DNA of 64,000 bases, taken from assembly GCA_010909165.1 (NCBI GenBank), contig MU008163.1, forward strand, positions 62,001 to 126,000, in the 5' to 3' direction. The DNA comes from Anthoceros angustus. Taxonomy: Eukaryota; Plantae; Anthocerotophyta. A program made the translations under genes and the position numbers. The notes under the pieces were generated by a model, which ran no database searches, had not been told where the DNA came from, and saw only the letters and a list, made by a program, of their open reading frames with translations. Below are positions 1-11,612 of this stretch, in pieces (within the stretch, counting starts at the first letter, position 1; every line of letters begins with the position of its first letter).

Positions 1-59
1 CAGCAGACTTGATGACAAACCACAAATAGCACTATGAAACAAACTGAGAAGCCACTTAC

Positions 60-2088
60 AGATACAGTGAGTTTGTCATAAAGGTTGGCTCTGATTGCCC
101 AATCTTGTAATTCAGGATCAGAGACAGTGCTGCACAAACGGGAATCTCATTATTTGTATTCTAGCAAGCAAGCAGGGAACCATCATCCAGCTGATCAGAG
201 CCCATGCAAGCCAACGTGTGACGAAAAGCCAGGAGCTCACTTCAAATTCAGCTGCTTCAGTATTGATGAATGAGCTTTCTGATCCTGAAATAATTGACAG
301 AACCTGCTCATAAGGATAGAGTTGGAAACAGCCCTGGACAACTATGGTCACTTCAGGCAAAACAATCAGACAACGGGAATGGTCAATACCCGCAACAGCA
401 GAGGAACCTGCCAGATGTTGGAAACGTCATAGATATTGAGTATGTGTGAGGCCTGTATGGAGGACCAACAACAGCATGAACGTGTAAGATGAGGAAAGGA
501 GAAACAATCAGCAATGTGCAACCTCCCATGGGCAATCAATACCGGGAGAGCAGAAAAGACTTTCAAGCTCAAGCCTTACTGGCACATGACAAAACTGTGA
601 GAGCTTTTCCTTGGTAGCCTGCTCCAATTTCTGCCACCAGGAAATAAACTATAAGCTTGCCAAAAAGGCTAAAACAAATTGACAGCCAAGGGATCAGGAA
701 CCAGGCCAATACGCACACTGGCACTCCGGCAGGCCAGCAAGTGCGGAGTCAGACCCAGAGCTCTCAGTTCTCGGACACTGTGTTGAGTAGGCTTTGTTTT
801 CTACACAGGAAAAGAAAAATTGGGGGTTCAGAAACTCTAATCAGGGCAACCGCAGCATGATACAACGGCCTGCATGTTTCAAATTTAAAATACAACACCG
901 TGCAGCAAACGGGCAGCATATCACAGATAGCTACATAAAGGACTATCTACTAACCTGCTCGCCCACCACTCCAAGAACAGGTACCAGGCTCACATGCACG
1001 AGGCAGAAGTTCTCAGTCCCTACACGCACCAACATAAGATGAACTTAAACCCGAAACACGTGTTTCCCCACAATGCAACCCTTGCACGATCCTGCACTTA
1101 CCGACACGGAACTGGAATTGTCTGAGAGCTTCTATGAAAGGCATAGATTCGATGTCACCTGCCAAGAACGTAGCCAAGATTAGGTCAGTCGCTACTCAGA
1201 CTTAACATTTGGTCGGATTCAACCAACCCCGCTAAGAAGGCAACTCTACAAGAGAGGTAGTGCATTAACCAACAGTTCCGCCCAGCTCAATGACACACAC
1301 ATCGGGTGATCCGGGTAGCCCATCAACAGAGACCCTGGCAACCCTCTCAATCCAATCCTGAATCGCATCTGTGATGTGAGGAACCACCTGCCAGGTAAAC
1401 AAGCAATTAAATTCACTAACTCTTGCTTGCCACCTGAGGGACCGTCCATTCCAATACGCAGCAACTTGCCACACGAAATATTCAATTCCAAAACCTGCAC
1501 AGTCTTCCCAAGGAAATCTCCCCGCCGCTCCTTCTCAATGACAGACTGCATCAGCGACAACTCACATGAGAACCCCAAACAACGACTAAAAAACCTTCAC
1601 GCAGCCCAAACGTAACACCATCCACCAACCTGGTAGATTTTGCCGGTCGTAATGTTGTTGTCCGCCGTCAGAGTAATATCCAGAAACCTCTCGTAATTCC
1701 CAAGGTCCAAGTCAGCCTGCCCAAACAACACACCACAATACTAATCACCCCCCTGCACACAAAAATGCACAACACAACAAAATCCTCCACCACAAAATCA
1801 CCTCTCCGCCGTCATCCAGCACGAAAACCTCCCCGTGCTCAAAAGGCGACATCGTCCCCGCATCCGTGTTCAAATACGGATCTGCCACACACACTCATAA
1901 CTTCAAATTCTGCCTCGCTACTTCCTCCACTCCCCACTCCACCACGCGCCTGAACATAAAATCACCTCACCAATCTTAATCGAAGTAACACGAAGCCCGC
2001 ATCCTTTGAGAATGACTCCAATGCTGCTGGCCGTGACGCCCTTGCCGAGCCCGCTCACCACCCCGCCCGACACCAGCACGTACTTCAT
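60..2088 (-). CDS. CTPS: CTP synthase, multi-exon, 5' part only (gene continues beyond the left window edge)
   Basis: ATG at 2088. Spliced exons with GT-AG boundaries: 2088-1971 [24 protein letters not shown]; 1881-1802 [27 protein letters not shown]; then [77 protein letters not shown]; last visible exon ends at 60 ([15 protein letters not shown]). These are canonical CTPS synthetase-domain motifs. Confidence 0.97.
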
Positions 2089-2835
2089 CTTCCTCTCCTC
2101 CTCCGCGCCCCCGCCGTGCTCCTTCACCGACCCCGCCAGCGCGCCCCTCGCGTGCACACCCCTCGCCCACTGCAGCGCCGCAAATTGCACCTGACCCCGA
2201 GAACCCGCCTTCTGCCCCAGGAATTGGCGCGGGAGCGACTGGCACAGCGAGCCAAACCTACAGAAACTGCTCAGCGCCGAGCTTGCCGGCATTGCAGGGT
2301 CCTAAACCCGATCGCGCATTCCAGGGAAGGAAATCCTTCCTGGCGCCGAATTTTGGCAGGCAGCAAATTCCTCCAGTCCTAAATCAGCCAATGCGCAATC
2401 GGGGAGCTCTGATCAGGGGAGGCGAGCGCCGAATCCTGTGTCCAGCAATTCCCAGCCGGCGCACGACACGCTCTCAATTCGCACCGGCCTTTGCTGTTCC
2501 ACCGCCGCGCCAAGAATCTCAGCAGACATTCGCAACGGAACGCCTGCCAGACACTTCACGCGGCAGCGACTGTGGCGGGTCGTGAGCTTTTACATAAACC
2601 CTAAAGCCCTGGGGTACGTGACCGTGACAGGCTTAGACTTCCTGCCGTGCCGCGCCACAACAAAGGTCAAGTGTACGCACGGCTTGGCTGGTCCCCCACG
2701 CCGGCCGACCCTCTAAACTGACGCCGGTTACTCGCGCCTGTCGCCGTGATCGAGGACGGACCTAACCACTGACATCGACCCGCGTGCCACCCTGGGTCCC
2801 TTGGGCATTTCCAAAAAATACTCGGTAATAATAGA

Positions 2836-3351
2836 CTAGATATTGTTAGCGTTCCTCGGACTAATAGTGCCCACACTTAGGGCTAGACAAAGCTCATCTT
2901 CCCTCATCACTGTCGAGGAAGCTCCTTCAAGCTTAGAAGCATAAGATCTAAAAACACTTCTGTGTTTCTCGACCGAATCTCCTTCCTTCATTTTATAGTT
3001 TTGAAAATGTCGCATGGTCGCCATGGTCATATGACATCGACAATATTGGCTCCGCAGGTCCTCTAAGCTGGTCCAGTTTCGGTACGAATGAGCCTCACTA
3101 GTCTGCCTCAACTTCTCACATGTTAGGCCATTGCGTATAAGGTACATGGCAGCGTCATTTTTGACCGACCATGCTTTGCCTGCAGACCATAATTCAGGCT
3201 TTGGCTCTTCACTCTTGGTAAGTTTCCAAAGCTTCTTTTGCTGGAGAGCACCTTGCATCCTGATCACCCATATGTCGTAATCGGTTCTACTAAACCTGTC
3301 TTTTTCTCTAAATCCCTCACCAATGTTAGTTGAGCCTGATGGTTCTCCCAT
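2836..3351 (-). mobile_element. Ty1/Copia gag N-terminal fragment
   Basis: ORF has EKDRFSRTDYDIWVIRMQGALQQKKLW (Copia gag F.G..Y..W..RM...L...LW pattern) followed by a UBN2-like helical region. It resembles the gag start at 10888 (EKDRFDGTKFEIWSKRM). Confidence 0.75.
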
Positions 3352-3519
3352 CTCGAGATCTGACCTTTATTAGATCCGTGTCTAGAGGCTCTAGGGTTTC
3401 TGGTGGGTCATGATCTTAGAGACGGAGTTAGAAGTACAGACCGCGTTGGTTATGGTTATCTTAGCTTAACCCAGCGTGGTCATACCCTTTGGTATCTTGT
3501 ACCGAAGAGGTACAACTCT

Positions 3520-3629
3520 TCAGACACAGGCTATAAAAGCTCACCTCTTGTAATCAATTGTATCAATTAGAAAAGCACTAAACTTTGATCAAACCCTTCT
3601 GCAAAGCACCTTAAACTTGGTATCAAAGC
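3520..3629 (+). mobile_element. Probable LTR 3' end plus tRNA-iMet primer-binding site
   Basis: TATA-like ggctataaaag near 3529, then TGGTATCAAAGC at 3618-3629 (1 mismatch to the canonical TGGTATCAGAGC PBS). No matching 3' LTR was found. Confidence 0.45.
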
Positions 3630-4194
3630 ATAGTTTGATTACTAAGTTCATCATGCATTATGATCTGAATCTAGATGTTCTTCTAATATGCAACGTCTCT
3701 CTAATGCCTTTGGTATTTGTAATATGAAGCTATTTTATACTTATTCATAGTTTCTCTTATATTCAACCAAACATATTTTACTAATAAAATAGTTTAGCTT
3801 CTTCTATGATTAACCTTTATATTCATGGCTCATTGCCACTCTCTCATTCTTCATCTTATTCTTTCAACACTTCTAGCACTCTACTCATTCTTCCTTGCAC
3901 AAGACATTGTTCATTTATTGTTTCACATAAAGTTACAACATGGTAAGAAGAAACAATCACAAGAGTATTCATGCTAAGAGAACGAGAGAACTAGAGAGGG
4001 AAAGTAGAAGAATTGTGCACTCTCCTCGATCCTACAATCATAGTCGACTGAATTCTTCTCTTTTCAATAACCTAGGGAGCAAGATAGCCTACGTGCTATC
4101 CTGCTTCTTCCTAGAAAATAATTTGGTTTCATCATCATCAACAAGAGCTTTTAGCAAACAAACATCAGCAAGGCCTTGGTCCACCAGTGATGAT

Positions 4195-6630
4195 AACACG
4201 ATAATTTTTGAAGGGGGTTAATAATCTCGAAGGGGGTTTTCCGCAAATAATCTCTGAAGGGGGTTTTTGATGGGCCCTAAAACAGCGTTTTGAAGGCATT
4301 CGAGACTCGAAAAAGGGTGTCACCGGAAAAATTACTACTTTCCATCTAGCAATGTTTGTGGCCAATGGTGGTCGCAAACTCCAACCTAGGGAAATAATGC
4401 AAAGTAGGAACGGTGAGGAAGGCCGCTCGCCGCAAGAACGATCAGAACTCGCTTTTGGGATGGAAATGTGGTTTTGTTATGACACCACAAAAGCCACAGA
4501 CGGTATTTCCTAACACGTAAACATCAAGAACCGGACTTACAACATTAACTCGGGACCCCGGAAAACGAGATTTCGCCACTCATCCCGAGTTCAATCCATC
4601 GTCATCACTTGGTCCGACTTCTCCTCCATTGTCATCACTATCTTCATGACACTTTCACCGCAGTTGTATGAAGCCACGCAACTCAGAGCTTATCCCTTAT
4701 CGCTTTTTGTCCACATCTGAGATGTTTTCGTTCAACACAAACCCATAATCTGAGGATGTGTTTCATTCACAAATACCTCTGTATGTTTTTAGGTAATGGA
4801 TCTTATTCCCTTTTTCCTCGATTGGACCGATGGGTTACCACCGCGGACTATGTGTTCTCGCACATATCTCCCTTCATACGCATCTATGTGCTCGGTCCGA
4901 TACTAGTGGATAAGAAAGTGAGGTCGTGGTGCTTAGCTTCACGTCAATGACCTCCCAATCCGTAATGGCCTGTATGCATGTCCGTATTGCAGCCTTTGCG
5001 AAACATCCCTCTCGGATTTCCGTTATGTCCCCATTCATCCGTGCCATTTCCGCAGCTTGCCTTCCCGCATTTTGATATGCCCCAAATACATATCACTGTG
5101 GAGGTCCCTCAATAATGCCTCATCTAGCAAAGCTTCATCCGCACTTGAAGTGGTCAGTCAGTATGATCCACTGCACGTGAAAACCACTTCCAAGGACGTA
5201 GCACTAGCCCAATGTTATTCTCCACAACGATAGCAATCTCCTTCCGTCCAACAAAGGCTTCCCACCACTTATACTCTTCAATACCACCTATGGATGCAAA
5301 TCTTTTAACCCTTCACAAATGGGCCACACCTTCCATCGGTGATAGGATACACCGTTCCTTCTTGTCCCCCTAGCTTCACCCGTATGCACCGTAGGATGGT
5401 GCAGGAGGCGCCGGCCGGCCGGCGCCTCCCTAGCACACTGCCCATGGCGCCGGCCGGCGCCTCCCTAGCACACCGCCCATGGCGCCGGCCGGCCGGCGCC
5501 TCCCTAACACACCCTACCCATGGCGCCGGCCGCCTCCCTAGCACACCGCCCATGGGCGGCCGGCGCCTCCCTAGCACACCGCCCATGGGCGGCCGGCCGG
5601 CGCCTCCCTAGCACACTGCCCATGGCGCCGGCCGGCGCCTCCCTAGCACACACCGCCCATGGCGCCGGCCGGCGCCTCCCTAGCACACCGCCCATGGCGC
5701 CGGCCGGCGCCCCCAACACGCCATGCCTTGCCCATGGCGCCGGCCGGCGCCTCCCTAGCACACCTGCCCTACCCATGGCGCCGGCCGGCGCCTCCTCCTA
5801 GGCTGTCTTCCGAAAATAAATATTTAGCGCCTCAAGAGTAATTCAACCATGGACTGTTGGTCTAGTGTTTGGGAAATAAGTGTAGTAACGAATAGGTTTC
5901 GTGTTCAAACCTCGTGCCTCCTCAACAGTTCAATTTTGTTGATTTTAAGGATGCTTGCATGGGCGCATGGGCAACTAACTTTGTTCATTTTAAGGACGTT
6001 GGCATTGCCTTAAAGCCCAAGTGGTTGCATTGAGTGCCAGAAGGTTGAAGACCACGACTGGCGACCTTTTGGATGAGGGTCACCTAGATGTGTGGCGCCG
6101 ACACCGCCGGACCGGGCCCAAGAATGATACTATTGAAGACGAGCAAGCAATGGAGGAGAACGACAACTTCGAGGCGGAGGATATGGACCGCCTCGAATAT
6201 GGCGGTGGTACTCGATTTGGTAGGCATGGATGAGTCGCCAGCCGCACTCTTGAATGGCTATTGTCGATCTTGATGACCACTTCCTCCTTGATTGTTTGTT
6301 GCAATGTTCTCACGACCACTTAAATGAGACTCCGCTAATGCAGATTGTTTTCATTGTGTTCCACCACTTGAAAGTAAAAGTTTTCGGTTGTAATAAACAT
6401 ATGAAAATGGCAGCCCTCTATGCATTCTACTAAAAATAACCCTCATGCTCCGGTTCTCGGGTGTAGACTTGAAAGTGCATCTTTTATCAAAGATATGACC
6501 TCGTAAAGGGTGTGTGCATTATCAAAGTAGGGCACATATGCTGTTCTAGGTAAGGTGTTCTTCGTGACAAGGGGGTGCTGTCTCGGCCGAAGGGGGTCAG
6601 TATATCCCCCCCTTCAAAAATTATCGTGTT
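4195..6630. mobile_element. Non-autonomous TIR DNA element (23-bp TIR, 4-bp TGAT flanking duplication)
   Basis: AACACGATAATTTTTGAAGGGGG at 4195-4217 is the exact reverse complement of 6608-6630. TGAT lies directly before 4195 and directly after 6630. GAAGGGGGT subterminal repeats occur near both ends. Confidence 0.65.
5407..5796. repeat. GC-rich minisatellite, ~36-40-bp unit, about 10 copies
   Basis: Unit approximately CCATGGCGCCGGCCGGCGCCTCCCTAGCACACCGC, with the perfect 16-bp palindrome GGCGCCGGCCGGCGCC as its core. Confidence 0.95.
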
Positions 6631-9600
6631 TGATCCTGATCTGCTCCGATGTTGTGGAGATATTTTGAGTGATGAGAATTAGAAGTCCTCCTCCTATCAT
6701 ACATACAACAAGGAGACAAACTCACCATTTTATTCTTCAAGCACACCTGTTCAGAGTAATTCTTCGTCACACCTAATCGATCAGGTCAGCATCATTTTAC
6801 GGCTTCTGCTAAGAAACTCTATTATGCTGATGGACGGACGGCAATACCCTCAACAAACACTCAACAAGTTTCTCATAAGTACTTCATAATGCAAATTCAA
6901 GTAATCACGATTGTACATGTGGTTACGAGCGTGCGTATAAGGCGCAATGTTTTCAAAATAAGCTCCAACCTGATGACTCACTGGGCAATCTCCTACAGCC
7001 AACAAACCATGGAACAACCTATCATTAGGTGCAAGCAGAGATTTCTGCTGCTGCAGATATTCTTTCTCGATTCCGAAGAAATCAGCATGGTTTATCTCAG
7101 GAGATCTCACCAGCTACAACGCCTAGTGTACATGCCCCCATATCTGCCGTGTTCTCTTCAGATCTGCTCATAGCAAGGGGTCCGACAACTGAAATTCAAA
7201 AGAGATCACTTGCAGATCCTAGCAGCCATTCTTCTGCAAATCTCCGACTTGAATCCCCTCAATTCTGCTGCAATTGTGCTCCATATGGTGCACCCCTCAC
7301 CAGCGACCAGATCCCATCCAGCACGGCGGTTCCAATCACAGAATCGACTCAGATCAAGGCCAGTACTCTTCCTGTTTTCCAGGCTAATTCAGTTTCTGCT
7401 TATTGTTGCAAAGCTTGCGATCTTTGGGCAGTAGAGGCGACCTTCTCCGACGCCCCTTTTGCATCTGGCGCGACTGGAAATGGTGAACAGGGCCCCCGGA
7501 TCGATGGAGATGCGATCCGGGGCCACGGCCGCCGTTGCGACGTGTCCTCGCGCCGCTCAAACTCCCCGTTCGCGACGGTGCCCTAAAACATTTTTCGCGA
7601 ACGCTTCAAACGAATTTTCTGGCACCCGTCATGAACGGGGCCGCTGCAACAGGCGCTTCAAACGCCGCCCTTATGCATGTGATTGGCTCTTGGGGTTTCT
7701 AGTGGGCCCACCTGGCAACTTCTACTGGATCTCCTGGCGTACATGTTCAGCCTCGCCGCAACTCTTCGGAGCCTCGCCTCCTTATAAGCTTTCACGCTGA
7801 GTTGTCACTATTCGAGCTTCAAGAATCAAACAAGAGCCCTTGTCGCCTTCAATCGACATTGCTACCAAGATTATTTTTACGAGCAGGGCGCCATCGCTCA
7901 AGAGTTATTCAGCTTGGAGTGTCATCACCTTTGGGATCATCTTCACCGAGTCGGCAATCACCGCCTGTAGTTCAAAGAACTTGCACCTGCTCTATGCTCC
8001 TAGTGATCGCTCAATCGGGTTGTTTGATTTTTCATAACCACCATTGGCCTTCTGGACCTTTATCAAAGTAACACTTGATTTGCTCATATTCAAGCATTGC
8101 TATATATTTGAAGACTTCTTAGCTTCTTGTCATAACTTGAGTTGGCGCTTTTTCTATATATATCTATCTACTTCTATTTAACATTTTGCTTGATTCTATC
8201 ACAATGGCCACCGCCAAATGTGCCACCCATTCCCATAATCAATTATATGAATGTGACATCCGATTTTAAGGATGCTTGCATGGGCGCATGGGCAACTAAC
8301 TTTGTTCATTTTAAGGACGTTGGCATTGCCTTAAAGCCCAAGTGGTTGCATTGAGTGCCGAAGGTTGAAGACCACACGGCGACCTTTTGGATGAGGGTCG
8401 ACTAGATGTGGCGCGACAGACGCCCAAGAATGATACTATTGAAGACGAGCAAGCAATGGAGGAGAACGACAACTTCGAGGCGGAGGATATGGACCGCCTC
8501 AATATGGTGGTACTTGACTCGCCAAAGGCATGGATGAGTCGCCAGCCGCACTCTTGAATGGCTATTGTCGATGCCGATGACCACTTCCTCCTTCGAGCTT
8601 GTTTGTTGCAATGTTCTCACGACCACTTAAATGAGACTCGCTAGTACGTGATTGTTTTCATTGTGTTCCACCACTTGAAAGTAAAAGTTTTCGGTTGTAA
8701 TAAACATATGAAAATGGCAGCCCTCTATGCATTCTACTAAACGCAACGGGCCCACACCCTCATGCTCCGGTTCTCGGGTGTAGACTTGAAAGTGCATCTT
8801 TTATCAAAGATATGACCTCGGAAAGGGTGTGTGCATTATCAAAGTAGGGCACATATGCTTCTAGGTGACAAGACAGTGTCAAGGGGGTCAAGATATCCCC
8901 TTCAAAAATTATCGTGTTTGATCCCGATCGCTCCGATGTTGTGGAGATATTTTGAGTGATGAGAATTAGAAGTCCTCCTCCTATCATACATACAACAAGG
9001 AGACAAACTCACCATTTTATTCTTCAAGCACACTGCTCGTAGTAATTACACACACCTAATCGATCAGGTCAGCATCATTTTACGGCTTCTGCTAAGAAAC
9101 TCTATTATGCTGATGGACGGACGGCAATACCCTCAACAAACACTCAACAAGTTTCTCATAAAGTACTTCATAATGCAAATTCAAGTAATCCTGATTGTAC
9201 ATGTGGTTCTGAGCGTACGTATGGGCAGCAATGTTTTCAAAATAAGCTCCAACCTGATGACTCACTGGGCAATCTCCTACAGCCAACAAACCATGGAACA
9301 ACCTATCATTAGGTGCAAGGATTACAGTAGAATTATTCTTCTCCTCAAGAAATCAGCATGGTTTATCTCAGGAGATCTCACCAGCTACAACGCCTAGTGT
9401 ACATGCCCCCATATCTGCCGTGTTCTCTTCAGATCTGCTCATAGCAAGGGTCCATATAACTCCAAATTCAAAAGAGATCACTTGCAGATCCTAGCAGCCA
9501 TTCTTCTGCAAATCTCCGACTTGAATCCCCTCAATTATGCTGCAATTGTGCTCCATATGGTGCACCCCTCACCAGCGACGGATCCCATCCCAGTGTTCCA

Positions 9601-10515
9601 ATCACGAATCGCACGGTGCCATCGCATTTTCCTCGCCCTAGCGACTGCTTTCGCTATTGGCAAAGCTATCTGCAAGAGCTGCTCCGACGCCTTTTGCATC
9701 TGGCGCGACTGGAAATGGTGAAGGGCCCCGGATCGATGGAGATGCGATCCGGGGCCACGGGGCCCGCGTCCGCCCGCTCAAACTCGGCACCCGTTCGCGG
9801 ACGGTGCCCTAAAAACATTTTTTCGGTACACCCGACGGTGCCCTAAACGGTACCGGCACCGTTCGCAGCGTGCTTGTAAAGCATGCGTTTCAAACGTTTC
9901 GCTTATGCAGGATTGGCTCTTGGGGTTTCTAGTGGGGCCCACCTGGCAACTTCTACTGGATCTCCTGGCGTACATGTTCAGCCCTCGCCTGCAACTCTTC
10001 GGAGCTCGTCGCCTCCTTATAAGCAGCCTCTATCGGTTGAGTTGTCAGCTATTCGAGCTTCAGCAATCAAACAAGAGCCCTTGTCGCCTTCAATCTGACG
10101 ACATTGCTACTCAGCATTATTTTTACGAGCAAGCTGGCGCTACTGCTCAAGAGTTATTCCAGTTGGAGTGTCATCACCTTTGGGATCATCTTCATCGACT
10201 CTGATCGGTGCAATTTGCCAGTTCAAACTTGCTCGTCTATGCTCCTAGTGATCGCTCAATCGGGTTGTTTGATTTTCATAACTACCATTGGCCTTCTGGA
10301 CCTTTATCAAAGTAACACTTGATTTGCTCATATTCAAGCATTGCTATATATTTGAAGACTTCTTAGCTTCTTGTCATAACTTGGAGTTGGCGGTTCTTCT
10401 ATATATCTATCTACTTCTATTTAACACCTATTGCTTGATTCTATCACAATGGCCACCTCTCCAAATGTGCCACCCATTCCCATAATCAATTATATGAATG
10501 TGACATCGATTTTAA
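5941..10515. repeat. ~2.3-kb tandem duplication (5941-8262 / 8263-~10515), followed by a ~0.6-kb re-duplication near 10100-11160
   Basis: GATTTTAAGGATGCTTGCATGGGCGCATGG recurs at 5941 and 8263, and the downstream sequence is colinear. Copies differ mainly by 1-3-nt indels. Confidence 0.9.
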
Positions 10516-11612
10516 GGAGAAGGACCGCTTCGACACTAAGTTTGAAATATGGTCCAAGTGCTGCTCGTCTTCTTGAATAGTTGATGGAACTGCCCTCAAG
10601 CTCATTGGGCCCTCACCCGCCTCGACTCTTGAAACAAGACAAGCTTGCTATGCATATCCTTATCTGCATAGATGAAGTCACTCTTTATCTATGCTCCTAG
10701 TGATCGCGGCATCGTTCACTGGGTTGTTTGATTTCTCATAACCACCATTGGCCTTCTGGACCTTTATCAAAGTAACACTTGATTTGCTCATATTCAAGCA
10801 TTGCTATATATTTGAAGACTTCTTAGCTTCTTGTCATAACTTGGAGTTGGCAGTTTTTCTATATATATCTATCTACTTCTATTTAACAACTATTGCTTGA
10901 TTCTATTACGATGGCCACCTCCCCAAATGTGCCACCCATTCCCATCATCAATTATATGAATGTGACATCTGATTTTAAGGAGAAGGACCGTTTCGACGGC
11001 ACTAAGTTTGAAATATGGTCCAAACGTATGCGTTCTGTCTTGAATACCAGATGGAACTGTCCTCAAGCTCATTGGGCCCTCACCTGCCCTCGACTCCTGA
11101 TTGAAACAAGACAAGCTTGCTATGCATATCCTTATCTCGGGTATAGATGAAGTCACTCTTTATCATATAGATGGGGCTACTACTGCTGCAGAGGCTTGGC
11201 GGCAGCTAGTAGATATTTTTCAATCTACCAATGCCGCAAGACAGAAAATAAATAAATTGGCCTCTCATGTCTTCCAAGTTTCTATTACGTGACTTATGTC
11301 CGAAGCCGACTCTTGCCAATTGTTAGCTTTTAGACCTTTTAATGATCACATTTGTTTCAAGTTCATCGGCTCTCCCGCCAAGATCAAGCTTGCGGGTCCT
11401 CTGCAATTACTCCGGAAGATGGTCTTCTTTTAAGTGATGTGCTGCATGTTCCATAAATGGCGAAGAATCTTATCTCCGTCCGACACTTGGTGAAGGATGG
11501 TACTCGTGAGTGGTAGAAATGATTGATGTCCTAAAAGCTTGCAACGTTGATCAGGCTTTCGTTGAGCCAGATGACCTCTATGTCTTCTCCGCCACACCGG
11601 TGATCATGGCTT

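Noticed and set aside
2596-2603. Telo-box AAACCCTA upstream of CTPS
   Set aside because: An 8-mer can occur by chance and there is no TSS or conservation evidence.
5407-5796. CRISPR-like or coding interpretation of the GC-rich repeat (ORFs 5305-5841)
   Set aside because: Units are contiguous with no unique spacers, the context is eukaryotic, and the ORFs are translations of the repeat.
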